Shown: in pieces, positions 24,951-37,013 of the stretch
Layout: every line of letters begins with the position of its first letter
How positions within the stretch are numbered: position 1 is the stretch's first letter
NCBI GenBank assembly: GCA_951406725.2
Contig: OX597817.1
Coordinates: 34,534,001 to 34,598,000 of the forward strand
DNA from: Octopus vulgaris
Taxonomy: Eukaryota
DNA: 64,000 nucleotides
Direction: 5' to 3'
The notes under the pieces: generated by a model
Seen by the model: the letters and a program-made list of their open reading frames with translations, nothing else
The model's database searches: none
What the model was told of the DNA's origin: nothing
Translations under genes and position numbers: made by a program

Positions 24951-26615
24951 TAACATCTAGAGATGTTGATTTTGGGAGACTTACGCACTTAATAAAAGAT
25001 GATAACATTGATGCTATTGACTGTGACACACAACATGAAATTTAGGACCTACCAAAGCTAATGGGGAACAGAAATTCCTAGCGCAGCGTGATAAAACGTT
25101 TTTCGGTTGCGGTTGCTTGAAGAAGAATTTTAACATCTGCTAGATATCTGACTTTTACTTCTGTGTATGGTCTCTATTCTCTGTCCTTATTCATTATATC
25201 TCTTGTGTTGTGTCTACAGCTTTTTTGAGAGGAACATTCCAGCACATGTGTGTATGAGTGTACAATGTAAGCTTAAATATTTAATATTACGGTAATCAAT
25301 ACAGCTTTATCTTTCGAAAACAAGCCACAGCCAGCGCCTCGTATTCTCTGACAACCTTTCAACGCGGGAATATATTCTCAAAATTTCTTTTCTCATCCTG
25401 CATTATATTATCTTTGCTGAAGTAATCTCATCAATCTCTAGGCAATCTCTTTCTCGTTTCCTCAATATTTCTTTAGATATTATTTTAACTTTCTTTCAGC
25501 ACATAAACAAATCCTGTTCGTTAGATATGTGGCTTAAACAGCTTCATCATTCTGAAATGAAAATTACCTTCCAATGGTGACGAGGCACAATAAACGGAAC
25601 CCATCATTAGCTGTGTATTTATTTTATTATTGTTACTTTCGGAGGTTTAGAAGCACTAACACGTTCCCGGTATAACACCACCTCTGGTCACTGAAAGATT
25701 TTAATTGAGCTTATTCTGTTGCAAATACTCGAAAGCGACACTCAGATTTGAAGACAACAAAAACACTTAACAAATAACTATCCATCGATGCTTTTTTTTT
25801 CAGCAGCGCCATTGATTTCTGGGCTGTGTTGGAAAACGTTTCCTAGCTGTGGTCTGCTGACAAACCGCACCAAGAATGAAACCCAGCGTTGTGTTGAGAG
25901 TACCCAAATCAACACCCAAAAACATGACAAAAATCTCTATTTTCTCGACACTTTTCTATGCGATTCCCTATGATCTTTCAAGGTGGCCATGTTTCTGTAA
26001 AATATACATTTTCAAAAAACCAAACTCACTCCTCAAAGCATATCCCCATTCATTTTTAATTCATTAAAATTTTATTGTTCCTTTCCTTACCTTCCTTGAC
26101 AAGAATTGCCATTAATGCTAAAAGACTTTCCTTCTCAATGCAGGTGATATCCCAATTGATTAAACTTATTTCTGCGAGAACATGCGTGTTTAGGATTGTT
26201 CGTGATTCTTTGTATACTCTTCTAGAGTGTGTTCCACTATGGACATAGTCCAGTAATTTAAACGAGTGAAAGAACAACATAAATATGTGACAGTTTAGCC
26301 GTTTTACTTACCATTACTCTGAACATCTGATGATGTTGACATGTTTTACGCTCACGAAATCTTCAGTAATGTGTGTCTAACTAAATGTGTTGAGAGCTAC
26401 ATTTTTCGTCTGTTTACTCACCCGGGTGTACACACACACACACACACACACACACGCATACACACACACACACACACATACTTACACAATGGAAGCTATT
26501 TAATTTAATCATGGGTGCTATCAGCCGCTTATTGTCATCAATATTTGGGAGTTTTAAAGCCATTATTTGCTTTCAATTATCGAAAGGGCTACGGCTTCCT
26601 CTTAAATGTGCGCGA

Positions 26616-26654
<39 letters not shown>

Positions 26655-26656
<2 letters not shown>

Positions 26657-26896
26657 GTAGTAAGCACATAAATGTGAAGCAAGGTGGGAGAAAGAGTACT
26701 CAAATACCAGAGGTAGAGTAATATACTTTATTTAAAAGCAGCAGAAATATAACAAAAGCTATTACTCATAGTTTCATGTTCCCGTTCGTCGGACAGTTTT
26801 GTTAAAATATTTTAACAAAACTGTCCGACGAACGGGAACATGAAACTATGAATAATAGCTTTTGTTATATTTCTGCTGCTTTTAAATAAAGTATAT
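26655..26896. mobile_element. (TA)n-embedded Penelope-like/retrozyme fragment forming a near-perfect palindrome with two degenerate HHRs
   Basis: Palindrome 26721-26896 with no spacer; each arm reads cugu CCGACGA acg ggaa cau GAAA cu aug a(g/a) UA auag. Confidence 0.65.
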
Positions 26897-26912
26897 ATAT
26901 ATATATATAATA

Positions 26913-27403
26913 ATTACATACAAAATTAAGAGGAATGACCACTAAAGTGAACTCCTAATATGCTAAATATAGACGTCAAATTACCACGAAAAGTGTGTTC
27001 TCAAGAAAAAATTTCAGCAAAACGTCAAAATGTAAAAATGAGCAAGGCAAATGAAAATATACGAAATAGCGTTCTGTGTCTAGTTCTAATGATCTTGCAG
27101 ATATTTACATACGTAAATATTAACAAGTGAAATCATGGTACGTAGGTAATCGTTTTTTATTTCGTATATTTTCATTTGTCTTGCTCATTTTTACACTTTG
27201 GCGTTTTGCTGAATTTTTTTCTTGAGAACACTCTCTTCGTGGTAATGGCGATTTGACGTCTATATCTAGCATATTGGGAGTTCACTTTAATGGTCATTCC
27301 CCTTAACTTTGTATGTAATATAATTTTTAATCTTCAGATTTTTTAAAATATGCTAAGCTACTGGTTTTAATTGATTAATATCAATTTCCACCCTCATTAT
27401 TTA

Positions 27404-27405
<2 letters not shown>
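26913..27405. mobile_element. (TA)n-embedded element with ~155-bp inverted arms
   Basis: 26913-27068 is an imperfect reverse complement of 27158-27319. Confidence 0.65.
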
Positions 27406-27499
<94 letters not shown>

Positions 27500-27502
<3 letters not shown>

Positions 27503-27748
27503 GCGAGTGGCTTAGTGGTTAGGGTGTCAGCACCATGACCATAAGATTGTGGTTTCGATTCCTGGACTGGGCGACGCGTTGTATTCTTGAGCAAAACACT
27601 TCATTTCACGTTGCTCCAGTCCACTCAGCTGACAAAATGAGTAACACTGCGATGGACTAGCGTCCCATCCAGCTGGGGAGCACATACGCCATAGAAACCG
27701 GGAAACCGGGCCCATGAGCCTGGCTAGGCTTTAAAAGGGCGCATTTAT
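27500..27748 (+). mobile_element. tRNA-derived SINE (head D + tail 2)
   Basis: Head matches 12598-12460; tail tgcgatggactagcgtcccatccag...gaaaccgggaaaccgggcccatgagcc. Confidence 0.85.
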
Positions 27749-27749
27749 T

Positions 27750-27789
<40 letters not shown>

Positions 27790-28439
27790 CAATGCATACA
27801 CACGTGTGAGTATGGGTGCATATATATTTTTACCACGTATTTACTGAAAATAGACCCTCCTAACACAAACCTATCCATACGCATACGCATTCGCATGCAT
27901 AAATATCTATATTTAATATTTAATATATGTTCGCCCGTGTGTAAGTGTTTTTGCGCGTATATGTGGGTCTTCCTATACATGTATGTGTACGTACTCGTGT
28001 TTGTACGTGTGTTGGCACCTCTGTAGAAGGTACGCCACACTTAGGTATTACTGTTCGCTCGCTATAAATTAAAGATTACAACTGCGTCATCTATCATTCT
28101 AAAGTCTCCTCAATTCACTGAGATTGTTGCACAGTTTGTTGCCGCATGATTAATGCTTTCCATGTTTACCCTTGTACAGAAATGCTTCTATTTAACCGGA
28201 ACCTGTTGTTGGAGTTATCTTATTGTTGTTAACATCGTCGTTGTTGTTGTTGTTGTTCTCAAACTTTTTGTTGCCTTTGTTTTTCTCTTTCCTTCTTTAT
28301 TTATTTATCTATTTATTTGATTTTTTTTTCTTTTCCTGTTTTTCAAATGCGATAAATCAAAATCTAGGAAACGTTCGTCTTTTTATGTTCCACAGCTCAC
28401 CCGGTGTACTTGCTACGCTGGGTCTTCTTCGAATCTCCC

Positions 28440-28442
28440 TCT

Positions 28443-28473
<31 letters not shown>

Positions 28474-28629
28474 TCCTTCCTATTATCTCTTTTTCTCTAT
28501 CACTTTTCTTTTTAATCCCCTTACTCTATTTCCCTCTTTGACTTTCGCTTTTCTTCAACTGCTCTTCTCTTTTCCTTTTTCTCTAACCTACACACACACA
28601 CTCATAAACACACACACACACACACTCAT

Positions 28630-28709
<80 letters not shown>

Positions 28710-28965
28710 TCTCTTTCTCTTCTGATTCTCCGTCTCTCTCGCTTTTCTCCTTCACAGACAGTCATGCGCGCACTCTCAGGCACGCACATTCTCTCTCTCT
28801 CCGCCTCTGTCTCTGCCTCAGTCAGTCAGTCAGTCTGTCTGTCTGTCTCTGTCTCTCTCTCACTCTCTTTCTCTCACTCATACTTTTATCTTCTCAAGTG
28901 CATAACCTGGGTTACACGTATTTCTTGCAAACATACAAACTAAAAGAATGTTTTTTTAAAAATTG

Positions 28966-29036
<71 letters not shown>
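28440..29036. repeat. CT/CA low-complexity region and (CTA)n microsatellite
   Basis: Read directly from the sequence. Confidence 0.9.
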
Positions 29037-29280
29037 GACATTATGTTGTTCAGAAAATAAACATGAAAGTCTTCTATGGACTCTTTCCGCCCAAATAAAC
29101 TGGTTTAACGTCTCTGGATTATGTACAGTTATAATGGTCTTTATCTAGCGAACATGGCGAACACACTAAAGCCAGCCCGGTGTATGTCAAAGCTACATCC
29201 GATGCTTGGGGTTATCAGAATGTATGTTTGTCTCAGTTCATCAATGAATAATACATATGCACTATTAATCATTTTATATC

Positions 29281-29346
<66 letters not shown>

Positions 29347-29358
29347 AATATATACGCA

Positions 29359-29575
29359 AGGCGGCGAGCTGGCAGACTCGTTAGCACGCCGGGCGAAATG
29401 CGTAGCCGTATTTCGTCTGCTGTTACGTTCTGAGTTCAAATTCCGCCGAGGTCGACTTTGCCTTTCATCCTTTCGGGGTCAATAAATTAAGTACCAGTTA
29501 CGCCCTGGGGTCGATGTAATCGACATAATCCGTTTGTCCCCTCTGTGTTTAGCCCCTTGTGGGCAGTAGTGAAAT
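29359..29575 (+). mobile_element. SINE family B monomer
   Basis: Complete head plus one unit. Confidence 0.9.
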
Positions 29576-29632
29576 ACATATAAATATATATAATCATGCG
29601 TACGTGCATATATGTATTATTTTATGTGTATG

Positions 29633-29693
<61 letters not shown>

Positions 29694-29780
29694 GAAAAAC
29701 TGGGGACAAAGAAAAGAATAAGAAATAGTTGCTTAAATTACCTACATTTATATGAATGTGTGTATAAATGAATATATATG

Positions 29781-30884
29781 CAAGGTGTCCTAAAACGTAA
29801 TGTATACACACAACTGAAAACTTTCTTAATTCAAATCAATTTTATTATATTTTTTCGGATTTATTCCATTAAAAATAATGAAGGGAACCAGACTAAGCTT
29901 TGAACAAAAGAAATTTGTCCTAAAACGCTGCTGGAAGTTTGAAAACGCAGTTAAAGTGTAAAGATAGTTTAAGAGAGAGTTTCAAAACAATCTACCTTTG
30001 ACTCTTACCATCACTCGAATTAGAGATAAGTTTGAAGCCGAATGTTCGGAACTATTCGGAATGTCCTCAAGAAACATTCTAGAAAATCGATGACATCAAT
30101 GAGCTCCACAAGGCAAGAAAAAGTAATAGAAACGTATATCCAGAGTTCAAAAGGTAAGCAAGTCATGAAATAATAATTTCAAACCAAGCGTCCATCGCAT
30201 CTTGAAGCGCTATCATGAGAAAGGTTACATTCCAAGAGTAACCCATGCTTTCAGCGAAGATGATCCGAACCTCAGAATGGAGTTTTGCGAGTGGTACGGA
30301 GCAAGAAGTGTAGAAGATGCACTCCTTGAGGTGGCGAGGCTACAGTTGAAGTAAATAGTTTAACCAACCTCCACAATTGCATCTGCTGGGGAGCCGAGAA
30401 TCCGCATATTACGGAACATAATGTTAATTTTCCAGGAATTGCAGTATAACGCAGCTTATCATCAAAAAGATTAAAGTGGACCATTCTTATTTTACGGTTT
30501 TGTGACTGGCCTTACTTAAATTTGTTGCGAAAATTTACCCTGTCAAGCATTCAGAGATCTTTGAAGAGGTGGGAGTTCATTTCTAGCTTGTTGGAGCATC
30601 CCCACACTACTATGGTAATATAAGGGCCTATCTTAATGAGATTTTGGCAAAGAGTTAGATTAAACGAAGATTCAGTAGACCACCCTCTGCGTCCACCGAC
30701 CATAATACCTCTAGGTCTTTTTCATGGACACACACACACACAAACACTCTCTCTCTCTCCCTTCCTATTATCTCTTTTCTCTAACGCTTTTCTCTTTAAT
30801 CCCTTACTCTATATCTCTCACTTTTTCTGCCTTACTCCCTTTCTCCATCCTCACTCTGTACTTTTCTTCAACTGCTCGTCTCTC

Positions 30885-30950
<66 letters not shown>

Positions 30951-31651
30951 CACACACGCGCGCGAGCGCACGCAGGAATAGCTGTGTGGTAAGAAACTTG
31001 CTTACCAAACACATGGTTCTGGGTTCAGTCCCACTGCGTGGCATCTTGGGCAAGTGTCTTCTGCTATAGCCCCGGGCCGACCAATGCCTTGTGAGTGGAT
31101 TTGGTAGATGAAAACTGAAAGAAGCCCGTCGTATGTATATATGTATGTATGCATATATGTGTGTTTGTGTGTCCGTGTTTGTACCCCCACCACCGCTTGA
31201 CAACCGATTTTGGTGTGTTTACATCCCCGTTACTTAACGGTTCGGCAAAATAGACCGATAGAATAAGTACTAGACTTACAAAGAATAAGTCCCGGGGCCG
31301 ATTTGTTGGACTAAAGGCGGTGCCCCAGCATGGCCTCAGTCAAATGACTGAAACAACTAAAAGAATAAAAGAATAAAAGAATACTTAAATGATAAAGTTT
31401 GCAGTACAAAACCTACAACATTCGACGACGAAATAGCGAACGAACTGTTTCATGATATTTGTGATTCCATTGCTTCTTGCTGTCAGCAGAGCCTGAAGCA
31501 GAAACAGCCATTAGTTTGAAATTAGGCATTCATGAAAAACTTAAATTTTGTCTGGAGATACTATTAAATTATGAAAATCACATGTATTTCATTTAGCACT
31601 GAATTTTGTAATCATTCAATACGTGAATACATTTACATATTTTGAGTACAT

Positions 31652-31654
<3 letters not shown>
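29781..31654 (+). mobile_element. Decayed Tc1/mariner-superfamily transposon, interrupted by CT repeats and a SINE A
   Basis: Eroded TIRs (caaggtgtcctaaaacgtaatgtatacac versus the reverse complement of the 31654 end); remnants LSFEQKK.., TITRIRDKFE, EDDPNLRMEFCEW, ENPH and YLNDKV. Confidence 0.7.
30971..31382 (+). mobile_element. SINE family A
   Basis: Matches the family. Confidence 0.9.
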
Positions 31655-31716
<62 letters not shown>

Positions 31717-31727
31717 CTTGGAGCTGG

Positions 31728-31800
31728 CCAGATTGGAGCAATCTCAAGAATAATGAGACGAAATTGCGAGGATAATCTGGTTCTTGGCTGAAGATAGAAA
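31728..31800 (+). ncRNA. Candidate permuted (pseudoknotted) hammerhead ribozyme with k-turn, within (TA)n-embedded element 31714-31912
   Basis: ccagauu gGA gcaa UC ucaagaa uaaugagac GAAA uugc GAG GAu aaucugg uucuugg CUGAAGA; stems I and III and the outer helix all pair; stem II not evident. Confidence 0.6.
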
Positions 31801-32029
31801 ACTTCGAATGACCCGTCCTTGTTTTCTTTGTATCGTCTATCTGGATGTTTTGTTGTCCCTTTTTGTATCACTTAGTTGTCCGGATGTTTTGCGTTCTTGT
31901 CCTATTTTGTATTATATATATATATTCAGCTTTGTAAAGCTTCTGGAAAATGTGGGCAGTTTCTGGCTGGAGAGGGATATATATATATGGTCAAATATGT
32001 GACACAACCCTCACTGGAGACACGCCTAA

Positions 32030-32660
32030 AGATCATCGGAGTTTGGGAGAACGTAGCTTTCATGATATGTAGGACATCACATGGATTACAGGTAAATCAC
32101 TTGTTCTAGGTGTTGTACAACTAGTCCCAGCAGAAGTCTTTTTCATCTGAGCAAAACCAAATCCGTGTGCCTCAGCTTGTTCAGGAGCTTCTTTGCCTTC
32201 GCCAAGGAATTCTCTTTGGCTTTGCCTATAAGAATTTGTTCCTTGCATTTCTTGTACGAGTGACTGCGAAGGTCCTTATTCAGAACCAGCTTCATGGTAG
32301 CAACTCTAACACTCATTTCTCGCCAAAGCCCCAATTCCCTTACTTGAACCTTCCATCACCTTGTCCTGATGCTGCCAGAACGCCTTCTGTGTCTCTTTAT
32401 GTTGGACATGTGTTTGTAGTCTCCGTTGCAGCTGTCCATGTCTCGTCCTACAGCCTTTGTGCAACAGTCATGTCGGATTTTAATATCCGGCGCGAATCAT
32501 TATGATACAGGTCTAACTCTTTTCCAATATTCAGATGGCTTTCAGTCCTCTACGTAAGATAACTTTTTCTCAATTTAAACTTTAATATTTATGCTCTCCA
32601 ACGCCGTTGACTGTTCCCTAATATATCAAGCTGTTCCTGAAAAATTTAACCTGAACACTC

Positions 32661-32662
<2 letters not shown>
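32030..32662 (-). mobile_element. Tc1/mariner (maT/DD37D-like) 5' fragment
   Basis: Terminus CAGAGTGTTCAG; remnants LNKDLRSHSYKKCKEQIL..KAKKLLNKL and DEKDF. Confidence 0.65.
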
Positions 32663-32734
<72 letters not shown>

Positions 32735-32781
32735 GATTTTTTTCCTCTGTCTTCCCTTCTCTGGATCTTTCCTTCTCCTAT

Positions 32782-32816
32782 GTTTCTGACGAAGAGCTCC
32801 GCTCGAAACGTTAAAC
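32782..32816 (+). ncRNA. Minimal type-I hammerhead ribozyme in (TA)n-embedded element 32730-32914
   Basis: guuu CUGACGA a gagc ucc gcuc GAAA CG UU aaac: intact core, 4-bp stems I and II, palindromic ACGU stem III (dimer type). Confidence 0.8.
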
Positions 32817-33065
32817 CCTCCTTCTTTCCTTCTTTCCTGAGCGTCCAATAATACTATATTTGTTCCACGTCCTCGCGTTGTTGTGTTTTTTTGTGCTTTC
32901 ATGTTTGGATTAACTATATATATATATATGTATATATGTGTGTGTATGTGTGCATGTGTTGTGTCTGTGCGTGTGTGTATATGTGTGTGTATGTTATGTG
33001 TGTGGTGTGATGTGGTGGTGGTGGTGGTGTTTGTTTGTCTGAATGAATGCATTTGTATACGCATA

Positions 33066-33898
33066 CGAGGTCTGATCAATAAGTATCCGGGCTGTTGTCA
33101 TAGTAACGAAGCTAAAGCACGCAGAGTGAAACCGCTGGGTAGAGATTGACCTTAAACTCTGCTGTGTATGCGCACTAAGTTTTAACGTTCTGTTTACTGC
33201 AGTGCTTGGAAGGAAAGTGTGTAGCGTGTGATCGTCGCATTGACCATGACAGAGAAAGTTGTCATGGTGATGCCTACTCAGAGGCCGACGTAAAGTTACA
33301 GAAAGTGTATGGAGAGGAGTGTATGAGCCTTACACAAGTGTACGAGTGGTAAGATGGCCAAAAAATGTCGATATTGATGAACGTTCTGGGAGACCCGCAT
33401 GCAGCCCTGAGGGAAAATCGTCGAATCACTATGTGTGAGTTATTAGAGGGTGTGCAGATTAGTTACGGTTCAGTTCAGTCCATTATTACTGAAGATTTGG
33501 GTATGAGACGCGTGTCTGCTAAGCATGTGCCAAAACCACTTTCAGCTGACCTAAAAGACACTCGGGTTTCAGTTGCACAAGATCTCTTTGAATGTGTCGA
33601 GAACGATGAAAACTTTTTGAAAACTTTGCGTTGGCCTCTGAGCAAGTATCGCTAACCTTTTGTCAAAATTTGATGCAGATTCTCTGCTTAACTTTCTCTG
33701 TCACGGTCAATGCAACGATCACACGCTACTCACCTTCCTTCCAAGCACTGCTGTAAATAGCGGATCTGATCTTGAACGTTAAAACTTACTGTGCATGCAC
33801 AGCAGAGTTTAAGGTCAATCTGTACCAAGCGGCTTCACTCTCCATGCTTTAGCTTCGTTACTATGGCAACAGTCCGGATACTTATTGATCAGACCACG
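33066..33898 (+). mobile_element. Non-autonomous mariner derivative with long inverted termini
   Basis: TA|cgaggtctgatcaataagtatccgg ... ccggatacttattgatcagaccacg|TA; internal HTH remnant QKVYGEECMS..VYEW, ENRRITM, LGMRRVSAKHVPKPL; no catalytic domain. Confidence 0.92.
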
Positions 33899-33980
33899 TA
33901 TATATGTATGTTTGCCTCTTTCTCCCTCTCTCTATATAAACATACATACATACATAAACACATACGCACACACGCACACA

Positions 33981-34019
<39 letters not shown>

Positions 34020-34756
34020 ACTCATATATATATGCTTGTATGTATGTATATATGTATGTATATATGCTTTTATGTATGTATGTATGTATGTATGTATGTA
34101 TGTATGTATTTATGTATGTATCTATGTATGTATGTATGTATGTATGTATGTATGTATGTATGTATGCTTGTATGTATGTATGTATGCTTGTATGTATGTA
34201 TGTATGTATGTATAAAATATTAAATTTATATATTTGAACTGAAATCGTATGTATGTACGTATGTGTATGTGTGTATGTGTGTGTGTGTAAGTGTTTGTAG
34301 GTGTGTGTAGGTGTGGTGTGTGTATAAACTACGCCATCTGTGCATGTACACCCACGCTCGTATGTATGTATCACGGCTGATAGTTTCATCTGCACGGGAA
34401 CTTTAATTCTGAGGTAAGCTGCTTCCGTGTAGTAAATAAAAGGCAGATTTTACTCCTACCGATCGTCTGCAGGTGTCAAGTTCTTTAAGCCAAAATAATC
34501 AACTTATTCACTAAGAGAGACAACACACAATTATTTTACGTGGATTATTTCCCCTGAAAAACTACACTACTTCGTTAATGTTGTACATTTTCAATGGTCG
34601 GAGATATGTGACTAACAAACTAAATATTTAATCAACAGATACTATTTTATTAACTTCAGTACTCAGGAGCCGTGTCTATCAGCCAGTAAATACTTGTAAT
34701 ACATTTATATATGCTGACCAGTAAAAAAATAAAAATCATAACTTGAGAAGAATTTT

Positions 34757-35131
34757 CTTTTCTTTACTAGGCACAAAGCCCGAATTTTTATTTTTTATTT
34801 TTTTGGTGGGGTGCAGTCGATTAAACTGACCCCACAATGCAACTGGTACTTAACTTATTGACCCCGAAAGGATGAAAGGCAAAGTTGACCTTGGAGGAAT
34901 TTGAACTCAGGATGTAAAGACCGACGAAATGCCTATTTCTTTACTAACCACAAAGGGCTAAACATAGAGAGGACAAACAAGGACAGACAAACAGATTAAG
35001 TCGATTATATCGACTCCAGTGCATAACTGGTACTTATTTAATCGACCCCGAAAGGATGAAAGGCAAAGTCGTCCTCGGCGGAATTTGAACTCAGAGCCCG
35101 GCGTGCTAACGTTTCTGCGAGCTCGCCGTCT
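34757..35131 (-). mobile_element. SINE family B dimer
   Basis: Two core units with the family junction. Confidence 0.88.
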
Positions 35132-35655
35132 TGAACAGTTTTTTATCTTTGAAAAATCTATCCTTCCATTGTGTTAATGTTTTTTAAATCTCCGCTATCT
35201 TTTAAACTCAAACTGCTTTACAATTATTTTAATATCTACGGATTTATTTAACATATTATTAACATTTTGATATTATAATGATCATTATAATTAAATATGT
35301 TTATTCCTAATATATATAGCTGTTATTCATATGACTCTGTAAAGTTCTATTGTTAAATATTTCTATTTCTGTTTTACTGCAAAGATCTGGTTGGGCATAT
35401 ATTCCTTTGGCCACTAGATGGATCTGAATTAAGATAAAGCTGAGTCTGGATAAAGATAAAGGTGGTTCTGGATAAAGATAAAGAGTGCAGAACGATAGTT
35501 TGCTGTTACAGGGATGCACGCTGAGAATTGATCAACCCTGGGTGAGCCAACTGGGTGAAGGGATCTGATGTTGAAAATTTCGAACACGCCCAGGAACATC
35601 AATGATGATGCTTTCCAAAGAGAATTCATGAGATGTATCTTGAAGTGTATTCTTG

Positions 35656-35694
<39 letters not shown>

Positions 35695-35698
<4 letters not shown>

Positions 35699-36161
35699 TA
35701 AATAAAATATATGCATACATACATACATATATGTACGTACCTACATCTACATGTATATATACATGCATATATAAATATATATACGTGAGTACAGGACACC
35801 ACAAATAGACGTAGAACTCAACGAGAGACGAAAACGTAAAAACAAACATGGAAACGGACCTTTTTTTAACAACAAAAAAACAGAGTACAAGACAAATAAC
35901 ACAAGGAAAATTCCCCTTCATCAGCTGTCCCTAGTTCGACTCCATGCGTGTTTCAAAGGTAAGGACAGAACACGACTCGTCGAACTAGCCCTTCCTGCGA
36001 AAGAATTAAACAAAATTCCTTTACAGAGGGGTAAAAACAAGGAAAGAAAAAAATGTGACAAAAACAGGACGTAAAAATAATACAAATAAAAAAACAAATA
36101 CAAAATAAAAATACAAATACAAAAAAATACAGTACAAGAAATAAAAACAAACAAGAAAACA

Positions 36162-36162
<1 letters not shown>
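35695..36162 (-). mobile_element. (TA)n-embedded Penelope-like/retrozyme-like element
   Basis: Flanked by (TA)n; homologous to 59445-59900; U-rich minus strand; contains a ribozyme-like motif. Confidence 0.7.
35913..35988 (-). ncRNA. Candidate permuted (pseudoknotted) hammerhead ribozyme with k-turn
   Basis: CUAGUUCGAC GA gu CGUG UU CUGUCC uua CCUUU GAAA CACG c AUG GA GUCGAACUAG GGACAG CUGAUGA AGGGG. Confidence 0.65.
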
Positions 36163-36226
<64 letters not shown>

Positions 36227-36949
36227 CCTGATTTCATTAAGTTTCATATACAATGTATTAGTCATGTCATCCAAGCGTCCACTGCACAAGAAAAGAAATT
36301 CGTGGCATCATAAGAAAATAACCTCATGTTCTTCAATATCATCACTGTTAATTTGGAGCATCTTGCATTCAACAGAAGTGAACGGCGGTGGTCTACAAGA
36401 ACGGAAAACAGCCTGCATTTTGAGAAAGGTCGAATTTTACAATCAAATTGCGAAACGTAATGCCCGAAAATTGCAGGCCGTTGAGGTTCTGTGTGGTAGA
36501 AGACCTAGAGATAGTCTCACACCTCTTGTCTATGGTTGCATTACATTTTCAAAAACCGGGTTTGTTAAAGGCCACGCTACTGGAGATGTACGTGGCATAC
36601 TTATATGCATACAGGGCCAGCAGGCTCATCGGAGTACTGATGTCCTCTATGTTCAAAGATGTACTCTTCTACTGCTGGCTGAAAATCCATTTTCGATGAA
36701 TGTGTAAGAGCGGTGCTGCTATTGCTGTGATTTTTGACGAAATTATTTACTATATTTGACAAAAGAAATATATAACAAAATCCACAGCGAGGCTGTATAA
36801 CAAACACAACGACTTTTATGACTGTTTCATGTATCTAGTAATTTAGTCAATTTAATTAGATTACGAATGTAGTGACGACTAAAATCTTTGGCTAAGTCCC
36901 ATAAATTTTAACACACACAGACACATCTACGTATGCATTATATAAATAA

Positions 36950-37010
<61 letters not shown>

Positions 37011-37013
37011 TAT

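Noticed and set aside
26323-26372. acau CUGAUGA ... GAAA ucuucag UA augu hammerhead-like string
   Set aside because: Stem I pairs but stems II and III are poor and it is not in a defined element; may be an old copy or chance
36222-36707. 161-aa ORF in non-repetitive sequence
   Set aside because: Starts at the edge of a (TA)n tract, has no recognisable domain and no convincing splice pattern
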